Origin: Octopus bimaculoides
Taxonomy: Eukaryota
Direction: 5' to 3'
Length of the DNA: 64,000 nt
Assembly: GCF_001194135.2 (NCBI RefSeq)
Contig: NC_068984.1
Span: 16,065,389 to 16,129,388, forward strand
Below, one piece after another: positions 42,001 through 55,490 of the stretch. The notes under the pieces are model-generated. The model had not been told where the DNA came from. It made no database searches and was given only the letters and a program-made list of their open reading frames with translations. The number at the start of each line of letters is the position of its first letter. Position 1 is the stretch's first letter. A program made the position numbers and the translations under genes.

Positions 42001-45000
42001 GCCGTGTAAAAGCACCCAACACACTCTGTAAAGTGGTTGGCATTTGGAAGGGAGTCCGGCTGTAGAAATCATGCTAAATCAGACTGAAGTCTGGTGCAGC
42101 TCCCCAGCTTGCCAGCTCTGGTCAAACCGTCCAACCCATGCCTGCATGGTCAGCAGACGTTAAATGATGACGATGATGATGATGATGAAGATACACACAC
42201 ACACACACACATATGTGTATATTTCATGCAAATATATACAGCTGTTACCAGCGTTGCCTTACAGGCACTTGTGGTGGTGGCACGTGAAAAAACATTTGAG
42301 CGAGATCATTGCCAGTGCTGCTGGACTGGCTCCTGTGCAGGTGGCATGTAAAATACACCATTTTGAGCATGGCCGTTGCCAGTACCGCCTGACTGGCCCT
42401 CGTGCTGGTGGCACGTAAAAGCACCCACTACACTCTCGGAGTGGTTGGCGTTAGGAAGGGCATCCAGCTGTAGAAACTCTGCCAGATTAGATTGGAGCCT
42501 GGTGTAGCCATCTGGTTTTCCAGTCCTCAGTCAAATCGTCCAACCCATGCTAGCATGGAAGGCGGACGTTAAATGATGATGATGATGACACTAATTTAAC
42601 ATTTCAAGGCCCTAATAGATGAATATTCATTGATTCATTGATATTATTACGCCTCCTAGTGACCTGACACCAACAGACTTGACTGGGAACTTATATTTAG
42701 CATGTAACATTCCTAATATTCTTTCATTATCCAGCCATCGTGTCCTGGCTTATTACACTGCATAACATGTTTAAACCTGTTGAATAGTTAGCTTCCATTA
42801 CACTTCATTTATTTTGTTTCCTCTTACAAACCTGTTCAATTCTCTATGTTTTATGTTGTTTTTATTGGAATGTTCCAATCCTAAATTTTTTAAACTTTTT
42901 AATGCTTTACTTTATGATTTTGAAGTCATGACTATATCAGTGCTGTAGTGTGGGTTTTGACCACCCTATGTTGTAGCCAAATTAGCCATTCTCTTCTTTG
43001 ACCCTTTAGCATTCAGTTTATTCTGTCAAATGTAATGTTTAGATATGTAATGTTTTACTTACTACTGAATTTAAATAATTGATCAACAAAAAACAAAACT
43101 GCTAAAAAATTTACTCACTTTATATCCACTGACCAGTTCAATCAGTTGGCTAGTTAGTCTATTCCAGGTCAGAAGAATCTTTCCTGATCCCATAGATTCC
43201 AAACGAATACAAGGCTCACATGACCACCATTTCCATAAAATCTCCTGTTGATATAAAACATACATCGTGAACTAAGACTTGCTACTTCACAAATATATTG
43301 CTGAAAAGGGATGATGAAAGCTGGTGACAGAGGTAAGACATACCGTATTGTCAAAGATTAGGTTAAAAAATATGGGAGTTTCTTATACATGGATAGTATT
43401 ATAATCCCTTACAAAACCATTTCACCAAATTTTAAGCCCCCCCCCCCATATTAGGGGTTTCCTTATGGATGTTAAAATATGGTATATATGAGGCAAGTAC
43501 CTGTTTTCCTATGTAGCAAGTCAGATCAGCATGGCTCTGCAACTTCAATGGTGCTGATGATCCTGAGATGAAGGACTTAAGATCAAATACCAGCTAGTTG
43601 ATGCACTAGGCGGGGACTCATTCCAGTAGAGGGCATTGGTGTGCTGTAAAGCCGTTGACAGGAAGACTTTGAAATGGTGTGCATTCTCTCTCAAGGACCC
43701 CTGAAACCTGCTTGCATCTGGTATGCAGAGCTTTCAATTTATGGCACTTGCACAAGCAAGCTGCTTGCAAGTCTCTGAGCATATTTTAACTAGATTCATC
43801 TTGATGTATTCCTTATATTTTGAGATAGTTCAGATATAGGTGCAGGAGTGGCTGTGTGGTAAGTAGCTTGCTTACCAACCACATGACTGCAGCCATGCTG
43901 GAGCACCACCTTTAGTCGAACAAATTGACCCTAGGACTTATTCTTTGTAAGCCTGGTACTTAGTCTATCGGTCTCTTTTGCTGAACCGCTAAGGTACGGG
44001 GACGTAAACACACCTGGAAGCATGTTATTGGGAAGAGCCAATAACATTACACCAATAATATAATATAATTGATTTAAGACCATATTCACTCCCTACTGTA
44101 TGCTCTAACTCAATTTTAAATACATTTGCATCTTGGAGTTAACTCCCTTGCTGTTCTTAACAAGAATTATCATTAACACTAATGCACCTTTCTCTTCAAT
44201 GTGGTTGTCATTTTAAATGATTAGTCATTGTTTTCTGTGTGTTCATGCTATTATGTATATTAACTCACATTTAACTTTGATTCACATGATTAAATATTGA
44301 CATTGACGAATAAATATGCTAAGCAGACACATGTTTCTTTTTTGTATTTGCTTTGCAAGATTCTTAATGGGAACCTGTGTGTTGGAATAGATTCTGCTGT
44401 ATCTTAGGAGGGCCATTATGCCAATAATAAACACACACACTGGTTCAATTTCATTTCTTTATTATTCATCAATTGGTTAACTCTTTACTCAACTAATTAA
44501 TCAATTATTTGATTAACCATTTATTTACTCAATCAATCAGTTGTGTTTGTATCAGTCAAACCTGAAGCTAACCTAGGGTATGTCATTGAAGAGACCATAG
44601 ATAATGACAAAAGAACTTTGACAAAGATAAGTGATTGATTGATTAACTGAATGATTAATCAAACAATCAGCTTGTTAGTTTGTTAAATAGTTAACCAATT
44701 GATGAATAATAAAGAAGTGAAATAAACCAGTGCATGTGTTTATTATTGGCATCATGAGCCTCCCTAGATATTTGTTTTCATACCCAAACTAAAAAATTGC
44801 ATAAGCTTCATATTGAACAAAAACACATGATCTATACACTTACTTTTGGTCCATCTTCTGTGACATAATCCACTGATCTTGCCCTGGAAGCAGTTGGTCT
44901 TACATCAGGGCTCACTGTTGGGGAAGAATAAAACCGTCTGCAAAACATTAAACAGAAAAAGGGATCCAATAGAAAGGGATTTTGTACAACTTGACTCAGG

Positions 45001-45649
45001 ACAAATTAGAAACCAAAGACCACAAGGCATGGGAAATAGAACAGTGTGCTCTTTGCTGAGTGGTCAGTATTAGGAAGGGCATCCAGCTGTAAAAGCTTTG
45101 CCAAAACTGACCTCACCTGTATTTGTGCCACGTAAAAAGCACTCCATCTACTCTGCTGGGTGGTCAGTATTAGGAAGGGCATCCCACCTGTGCTTGGGCT
45201 ACGTAAAAAGCACTAAGTCCATTCTGCTGAGTGGTTGGTGTTAGGAAGAGCATCCAGCTGTAAAAACCTTGTAAAAACAGTGACAGAAGTCTGGTGCAGG
45301 CTTCGGCCTGGCTGGCTCTTGTGGTACCATCCCACCCGTGATAGCATGGAACACGGATGATGATGATGATGATGATGATGATTGCTATCAATGAAGTGTT
45401 ATCAAAAATCTTTTTGATGTTACTTGTCTTCTCGTTTATCTTTTACTTCTTTCAGTCATTAGACGGTGGCCAAGCTGGGGCACTGCCATGAAGAATTTTT
45501 AGTCAAATGAATCAGTTCAAGCACTTATGTTTTTTAAAGCCTGGTACATATCCTATCAGTTTTTTTTTTGCTGAACTGCTAGGTTATGGGGATGTAAACA
45601 CACCAACACCGGTTATTAGATAGTGGTGGGGGACAAACACAGACACAAA

Positions 45650-45685
<36 letters not shown>

Positions 45686-46371
45686 CACACACACACATAC
45701 ATGAACACACACACATGCACACACACACACATACATGAACACACACACATACATGAATACGCACACACACACACATGATGGGCTTCTTTCAGTTTCCATC
45801 TACCACAAGTCTTTGTTCAGCCTGAGGCTATAGTATAAGACACTTGCTCAACGTACCTCACTGTGGGAATGAACCTAGAACCATGTGGCTGGGAAGCAAA
45901 CTTGTTACCACACAGCCACGCCTGTGTCTTGCTAGAAGTAGCAGTCAAATCTGCCTTAAATTATACCCTGCATGTTGGAATAAAGTGTTCCTCGGCATAT
46001 TGTATCTGTCTGGAAGAAATATAGGGTGTTCATAGTTTGAAGATCTTTGATTGTTCATGTGCCAGCATGAAGCTCTTCCTCCTCCTNNNNNNNNNNNNNN
46101 NNNNNNNNNNNNNNNNNNNNNNNNNNNNNNNNNNNNNNNNNNNNNNNNNNNNNNNNNNNNNNNNNNNNNNNNNNNNNNNNNNNNNNNNNNNNNNNNNNNN
46201 NNNNNNNNNNNNNNNNNNNNNNNNNNNNNNNNNNNNNNNNNNNNNNNNNNNNNNNNNNNNNNNNNNNNNNNNNNNNNNNNNNNNNNNNNNNNNNNNNNNN
46301 NNNNNNNNNNNNNNNNNNNNNNNNNNNNNNNNNNNNNNNNNNNNNNNNNNNNNNNNNNNNNNNNNNNNNNN

Positions 46372-46411
<40 letters not shown>

Positions 46412-46502
46412 CAACAACAACAACAACAACAGCATTATCACAGCAGCAACAACAGCAATAACAACAAAACGAAAACAACAATAGCAGCAAATACAACAGT
46501 AG

Positions 46503-46533
<31 letters not shown>

Positions 46534-46563
46534 GTCATCATCATCATCATCATCATCATCACC

Positions 46564-46595
<32 letters not shown>

Positions 46596-49500
46596 CATCA
46601 TCATTATCATCATCAACAACAGTTATCAAGCCTGTCTACTTATAGAAAGTTTCTAACAACAAGACACAAAGTCTGATCTCATAATGTTATGTAATGGATT
46701 GAACCAGCCACTTTTGTCATCATTTATATTCATTTTACTAACATTGAATAACTATAATTATTCTATTCTTTCACTGGTTTTAGTCATGGGACCCTGGCCA
46801 TGGTGGGGGTGCTACCATCTTGTCACAATTGTTCTTATATGACGTGAAGTTCAGGAAATTAAAATTCAATCTATATTGCAGGGTGTAGGCATGGCTGTGT
46901 GGTTAAGACGTTTGTGTTCCAGTTATGTAGTTTCAAGTTCAGTTCCACTGAAATACTATAAATCCGGGAGGCACATATTGTGACACAATACTACAGGGGA
47001 AGATAGGAGTACACCAGTTCTATCTGTATCATATTCTTGTCTACAATTTTAAAAACTAGGTGCACGCTTCCAGATGCCCTTCCCTGCTCAATGGAGCATA
47101 TATCCTATCACACATTGAACAAGGCTTCTTGCAACTCCTCTTTTGAGGACATGTAAAAACCCTCTCCTTATTCTGTTGAATATATCCACCTTCCTCCCTA
47201 CACTTTCCTAGATAAATTCGTTGGACAAGGAGGTACTACTTTTGTAACATACTTCATCCACTCCCTCTCATTGAGTTGGCTAAAGTCAAGTCAGTTCCTT
47301 CTATGCATAAGATGGATTGGTGATATTCTTGTCATTATTGCTACTTTTTGACTGGTTTCTTTTTTTCCATTTAAATAAATATTTTAAATTGTTCTCTGTG
47401 TGTATTTTATTATACAAGTGTAGCCATCTAAGTCTCTATATTTGGTTAATAATTTTAAGGTGTGTTTGTTACTGCTACCATTACTGTGACAAGTACCTCT
47501 TCCTGCCACTGATGAGGCAGCCATCTTGTAGTGCATGTGAGTATTGCAAATGGCTGTTTCTCAAAAATATGTAAGCAGTTTTGAAATGTTTAAAAATTTA
47601 TCTTTCTTCTGTGTCAGGTAATGTGATAGACATTCAAAATATTCTGATACGTGTTAACGGTAAATTGAACAAACAAACCACTTATATATATCAGGAGGCA
47701 GACCTGGAAGACAGGACCTCCCAAGCACATAACTGTGAAACATGACTATTCAACAACAACAATAATGATTATTTCTATTCTAGGCACAAGGTCTTTAAGA
47801 TTTTGAGGGAAGGGGGCTAGTCAATTACATCGACCTCTGTGCATAACACGTACTTATTTTATCGACCCCCAAAAGGATGAAAGGCAAAGTCAACCTCAGT
47901 GGAATTTGAACTCAGAACGTAACAGCAGACAAAATACTGCTTAGCATTTCACCTGGCATGCCAATGATTCTGCCAGCTTACTGCCCTTAACAACAACAAC
48001 AATAATAACCTTTCTATTATAGGCACAAAGCCTGAAATTTGGGGGAAGGGGACTAGCTGATTATGTCGACCCAAGTGTTTCACTGGTACTTAATTTATTA
48101 ACCCAGAAAGGATAAAAGGCAAATTTGACCTCAGCGGAATTTGAACCCAGAACGCAGTGATGGGCAAAATACTGCTAAGCGTTTCATCCAACACTCTAAC
48201 GACCCTGCCAGCTCACCACCCTTAACAACAACAATAATAATAACAGCAACAATATTCAATATTTGCAATCACTTACTGTGAGTTTAGCACATCACTGCTC
48301 TGAAAACCTTTACATTGGGCTATAACTCGTATGACATGAATTCCACCTTGAAGAAATACAATTCCACATTCGTCGTCATATACCTACAAAGAAAGATTTA
48401 AAATTAATGAATCATAGTGTTTAGTTTGTTCAATTTTTCGCATGATGTGAATGACCTTTGACATTTAGTAATATCATTTAACTAACATTGACTTTAAGAA
48501 AAATAGTGAAAACTAGTATTCAAGGAAACTAGGGATGAGCCCCAGGAATTAATTCACTTTGTTGTCGTCGTCATCATCATCATCATCATAATTGTCAGTA
48601 TCATCATCGTCATCATCATTGTTTCCATCGCCACTACCACTGCAACCACCATCACCACCACCACCATCACCACCACAACCACGGCTAGCTCCACCACCAC
48701 CACCATCACCACCACCACCACNNNNNNNNNNNNNNNNNNNNNNNNNNNNNNNNNNNNNNNNNNNNNNNNNNNNNNNNNNNNNNNNNNNNNNNNNNNNNNN
48801 NNNNNNNNNNNNNNNNNNNNNNNNNNNNNNNNNNNNNNNNNNNNNNNNNNNNNNNNNNNNNNNNNNNNNNNNNNNNNNNNNNNNNNNNNNNNNNNNNNNN
48901 NNNNNNNNNNNNNNNNNNNNNNNNNNNNNNNNNNNNNNNNNNNNNNNNNNNNNNNNNNNNNNNNNNNNNNNNNNNNNNNNNNNNNNNNNNNNNNNNNNNN
49001 NNNNNNNNNNNNNNNNNNNNNNNNNNNNNNNNNNNNNNNNNNNNNNNNNNNNNNNNNNNNNNNNNNNNNNNNNNNNNNNNNNNNNNNNNNNNNNNNNNNN
49101 NNNNNNNNNNNNNNNNNNNNNNNNNNNNNNNNNNNNNNNNNNNNNNNNNNNNNNNNNNNNNNNNNNNNNNNNNNNNNNNNNNNNNNNNNNNNNNNNNNNN
49201 NNNNNNNNNNNNNNNNNNNNNNNNNNNNNNNNNNNNNNNNNNNNNNNNNNNNNNNNNNNNNNNNNNNNNNNNNNNNNNNNNNNNNNNNNNNNNNNNNNNN
49301 NNNNNNNNNNNNNNNNNNNNNNNNNNNNNNNNNNNNNNNNNNNNNNNNNNNNNNNNNNNNNNNNNNNNNNNNNNNNNNNNNNNNNNNNNNNNNNNNNNNN
49401 NNNNNNNNNNNNNNNNNNNNNNNNNNNNNNNNNNNNNNNNNNNNNNNNNNNNNNNNNNNNNNNNNNNNNNNNNNNNNNNNNNNNNNNNNNNNNNNNNNNN

Positions 49501-50870
49501 NNNNNNNNNNNNNNNNNNNNNNNNNNNNNNNNNNNNNNNNNNNNNNNNNNNNNNNNNNNNNNNNNNNNNNNNNNNNNNNNNNNNNNNNNNNNNNNNNNNN
49601 NNNNNNNNNNNNNNNNNNNNNNNNNNNNNNNNNNNNNNNNNNNNNAGAGAGAGAGAGAGAGAGAGATATGCATATATACATACATACATACATACATACA
49701 TGCATACATACATACATAAATATACTACATACATGCATTCATTCATTCATACATACATGCATACATACAAACGTGCATACATACATACATACAAACATAC
49801 ATACATAAACATATATATATACACACATGTACATATATGTGTATGTATGTATGTGTGTATGTATGTATGTATGTGTGTATGTATGTGTGTATGTATATGT
49901 GTATGTACATAACTTTAAGATTTTAAAGATAAATATATAGTTTTCATGTATTCATTGTATAGCAAAATTTCTGTTTCTGAGAACATGTCACTTCCCACCC
50001 AGCAACCCACTGACCTCTGCTTACTTCATCTTTTCTTCTCAGTACTGAAAATAGTCTGGAACTCCTCCTACACACATATAGTTTCTTCTGCCGGCAGCTA
50101 GCAACAGGAGTTCAAGTTGGATGTCAACAATACTGACTTCAATAGTCTGGGGAGGTCTACATTGACTACTTAGATCAGTGGTTCTCAATTAGGGTCTGTA
50201 TGACCCATGAGAGTCCGTATAAGCGTTTGGTGGGTGGGGGGGTACCCATGCAAGCAAAATAAGTAAATTGGGTACCTACAATAGTATATTTAGGGTCCAT
50301 GAAAAAGTTTTGCTTTAAATGTATTTATTGCAGGAAATGGCACCACCACTACCACCACCACCACCACCGCTTGACAACCGATGCTGGTGTGCTTACATCC
50401 CTGTAACTTAGTGGTATGGCAAAAGAGTCCAATAGAATAAGTACTAGGCTTACAAAGAATAAGTCCTGGGGTCGATTTGCTCGACTAAAGGCGGTGCTCC
50501 AGCATGGCCACAGTCAAATGACTGAAACAAGTAAAAGAGTAAAGAGAGTAAATACTGAATTGGATTAAAATAATTACAACTAACATTGTGAGATTGTTTC
50601 CAGCTTCGCCTTACTGGCACTTGTGCCGGTGGCATGTGAACAAAACAATGGACTGATTCCTGTGGAGGTGACACGTAAAAAACACCATTTGAGTGTGGCC
50701 GTTGCCAGTACTGCCAGACTGGCCCTCGTGTCGGTGGCACGTAAAAAGCACCCACTACACTCTCAGAGTGGTTGGCGTTAGGAAGGGCATCCAGCTGTAG
50801 GAACTCTGCCAGATTAGATTGGAGTCTGGTGTAGCCATCTGGTTCACCAGTCATGGAAAGCGAACATTAA

Positions 50871-50902
<32 letters not shown>

Positions 50903-51051
50903 AGACATGAGGCCAAGCTTTTGGGGGAGAATGGGTAAGTTGATTAAACTGACCACAGTATTTGACTGGTACTTTATATTTCTGATTCTGAGGATGACAA
51001 ACAGGGTTAACTTCAGTAGGATCTGAACTCTCAACATGAAGAGCTAGAAAG

Positions 51052-51084
<33 letters not shown>

Positions 51085-54000
51085 TTAGCATCCATTGTCC
51101 ATGCTGTCATGGGTTGGATGGTTTGACTGGGCTGGAACGCTGAGAAGGCTGCACCAGACTCCAGTCTGATTTGGAATGGTTTCTACAGCTGGATGTGCTT
51201 CCTAACACCAACCATTCCAAGAGTGTAATGGGTGCTGGATGCTTTTTCATATTTTAGCACAAGGCCAGAAACTTTGGGGGAGGGAGTAAGTCTGTTACGT
51301 CAACCCCCAGTACTCAACTGGTTCTTATTTTATTGACCCTCAAAGGATGAAAGGCAAAGCTGACCCCAGCAGCATTTGAACACAGAATGCAAAGTTAGGA
51401 GAAATGCCACTAGGCATTTTTCTTGGTGCAGTAACAATTCTGCTAGTTCGCTGCCTTAGAATAAATATTGGTTTCTAATTCTGGCACAAAGTCAGTAATT
51501 TTATGGGTGGGGGTAAGTTGGTTACATCAACCCCAGAGTACAACTGGTACTTATTTTATCAACCTCAAAATGATGTAAGGCAAAGTCAACCTCGGCCGAA
51601 CATAAAGATGGACAAAATGCTACTAAGCGTTTTGTCAGTATGCTGAAGATTCTGCCAGCTCGTTTGTCTTTGAAAATATCAAAAATATCAATATTAAAGA
51701 TATAGGAATGATCCAGCAAGGTAGCTTTGACTGATGAGACATACAAGAAGGTTGAAATATTATGGTGTCTCAAACAAAACTATACTCTCCACTGAGTTGT
51801 GTGTGTTCCCCCTGCCAAAAAAAAAAAAAATTATCAAGGGTCCTTCATGAGCCAAAAGCTCATAAAGGTGGCTTCCTAGATTCTGTGGCACATAAATTCC
51901 CCAATTGGCTGGGACACTTGTCCATTGCAGGATTACTCATTTTTGCTACCTGAGTGGACTGAAGCAACATAAAATGATGTTTTGTTCAAGACCACAAAGC
52001 TTCACCCAGTCCAGGAATCGAAACCACAATCTTATGATCATGAGTGCAACACTGTAACTAGCAAGCCACGTCATGTGTGTATGAACACACATTGTCCAAA
52101 GTCAAGGTGTTCCCCTCTGACACAAAATATCAATGATCAGAATGTATTAAGACAAGGCGGTGAGCTGGCAGAAACATTAGCACGCCGGGCGAAATGCTGA
52201 GCGTTATTTCGTCTGCCGTTACGTTCTGAGTTCAAATTCCGCCGAGGTCGACTTTGCCTTTCATCCTTTCGGGGTCAATAAATTAAGTGCCAGTTACGCA
52301 CTGGGGTCGATGTAATTGACTTAATCCCTTTGTCTGTCCTTGTTTTTCCCCTCTGTGTTTAGCCCCTTGTCAGCAATAAAGAAATAAAGAATGTATTAAG
52401 ACTGAATAGGTTATGTTATTGCCAGAAAATTAGTGTTTTCAAATTAAGTAATGAAACAAAACTATACTCACCATCGTACTTTTGTTGTATGGATGAGGAT
52501 AAGTGCCATCAAGTGTGTAGTATAGCTTCAAATTATAATCAGCATTGTTGCTCAGAGGATGAGCTAGTTTAATTTTATCTCCAGAACAAAGTTCTTTATC
52601 AGTGAAGTCATCAATAAAATATGCCATTTTTAGTTTAGGAGCTTTTGAAGAAAGAAAATCGAAATGAAGTTCTTGAAGAGTTATAAAATAAATGAAAGAT
52701 TAAACATTTACTTGGTAAGTAAGTTAATTGCATTTTCTTGAATAGACATAAAGAATATGAAACTAGGAGACAGACAGACTTGAAGTGGATAGGATACATC
52801 ATTGATGATTTTGTAAAGAGTGATGAAAGAACTCTGACAAACCTAGCTGACTGATTGACTGACTGAATGATCAAACAACTGACTAGTTAATTGGTTAAAT
52901 GATTAACTAGCTGACTAATAATAATAAAAAGAAGTGAAATAGAACCAGTGTGTGTGTGTTTCTTATTGGCATTATGATCTTCCAAAGATATAACAAAATC
53001 TGCCAATGGCATAGTTGAACTGGTGATAACATTGAATTTATATACATCACTGCTTAGTGCTCCCACCTTGTAATAACAAAATCTGTCTCAACACACAATT
53101 CCACAGTAATAATCTTGTAAAGCAAATACAAGAATAGAAATATTTGCATTAAAATCACCATCTGTGTATCATACTAAATGTATACATACTGTTAGTGGGA
53201 TTTGAACCCATACAGTAAAGCATCTTTTCTGATACCCCAATGATTCAGCCAGTTTATCACCGTCATATGATTTCTAGTTTAAGCACAAAGCTGGCAGTTT
53301 TGAGGGGAGGGGAGGGGAGTAGTCAATTAAATCAACTCCTCTACTTGATTGGAAAATTGCTTTATTTGAACCTAAAGGGATGAAAGACAAATATGAACCC
53401 AGCAGGATTTCAGTTTATAACATGGAAAACCAGAACAAATATAAATTAAGTTGTTTAATGCTTTAACAATTTTGCCACTCTACCACAGAAACAACAACAA
53501 CAACAACAACAACAATAATAATAGTAATAATAATAATAATAGTAGTAGTAGTAGTAATAATAATGAAACTGAAAATAGGATAAAGAAAAGAATGCATGGA
53601 CAATTTCATAGGGATGTTGAAGATAAGACAGACAGAGAAAAAAGATGGCTTTGGATGACTAAAAGTGATTTAAAACCGGAAATGGGAAGTACTAAGAATG
53701 AATTCCATCAAATACAAAATAGGCAACACATCAGAAAGTGATAAGTACAGAATTTGTGGACAAAATGGTGCAACCGTATGGCATAGTCCCATGAAAGGGA
53801 AGAATACTACTGCTATTTAGCCCTAGGAAGCACCCCTTGACAACATACTACCACTTTATCGTGTTACTACTGTATAAATATCTCTGAGAGATTTATTAAT
53901 GTATTATTTCTATTATATTACCAGTCAATGTATGTCACTAGTCCAGAAAGAATATAAGAAACGTCATGACAATATTACAAAGATTGTCCATTGGACAAAC

Positions 54001-54180
54001 ATAAACCCGAAGGCATCATTGAAAATGATAATGCAAAGATCCTATGTGCCTCGTGTACCCTTATCAGATGGGTAGTCATGATGGGTATATTAGGCTTCCT
54101 ATATTTGTACCTCAGTGTCACTTTGATGGCATGTGCTGCTCTCCTACTCGATGATGATTATGATGATGATGATGATGATG

Positions 54181-54216
<36 letters not shown>

Positions 54217-55162
54217 GAGTAGAGCAAGCACAAAATATGCTGTGCTGGGACAGCTAAGATTTTGAGATTGGTACTGGAGTGTTGAACGTTTTCCCTGCTT
54301 CGGCAAAAGAAACCGGTAAAATGAGTACTAAGCTTACAAAGAATAAGTTCTGGGGTCGATTTGTTCGACTGAAGGCAGTGCTCCAGCATGGCTCCAGTCA
54401 AATGATTGAAACAAGTAAAAGAACAAAGGAATAAAAGAATCAGACAAAATTGTATGAAAAATGATTTTTGGTAATAAATTAAATAAAAATATTTGAACAC
54501 TAATAGGTGAAAAAAGTATTGTTTGTATTTTCAAAGTGGCTAGGATTTATATAGCAAAAGTTGTAATAAGTTAACAATTCCAGTAATAAAAAAAGAAAAA
54601 ATTACCATTTTCAATAACTGTTACACTGCCATAATAATCCAGAGCCCTTTCTGATATGACCGTATGTTCACCGGGATCATAAAAATTGTGGCAGAATTGA
54701 CTGTTACTGATAGCTTTGCCACTGTTGAATGAACGCTTTCCACTGACAATTCCAGATGTTTCCTGAAGAATTAACCATGTAAAATAAAGTTCAGAAGAAC
54801 AAGTGACAAAAAAAAAAAAAGAGATCATTAATTGTACAGGACTACAGAAGAGCAGATTTCTTCTAATACAACCATGGAAGAAGCAATTATGAATTCTGAG
54901 AGTCATTATATCAGATGCACAAACAATTCTGCCAAATTACTACCTTTTCTTTACTACAATAGAACTGATGAGAATTTAAAGAAAATCAAAATTCTGATAG
55001 TCTGGTTAATAATAACCTGATCTCATGAATTTTAGGCCAAATTCCTCCTCTTGGCTGACAAATAGTCTTGTTTTGGCTTTACATGCATTTTTATATATCT
55101 AAAGAAATTTAATTCTAAATAAGAATAAGTATATATAATAAATAAATAATATATATATGTAT

Positions 55163-55206
<44 letters not shown>

Positions 55207-55439
55207 NNNNNNNNNNNNNNNNNNNNNNNNNNNNNNNNNNNNNNNNNNNNNNNNNNNNNNNNNNNNNNNNNNNNNNNNNNNNNNNNNNNNNNNNNNNNNN
55301 NNNNNGATGATGATGATGATATATATATATATATATATATATAGATAGATAGATAGACAGATAGATATACTAAAGTGACAGAGGGTATTAAGTAGTACCA
55401 GTATTATATTACTAGAAATAAGAGTCAAAATAACAGAAA

Positions 55440-55490
<51 letters not shown>

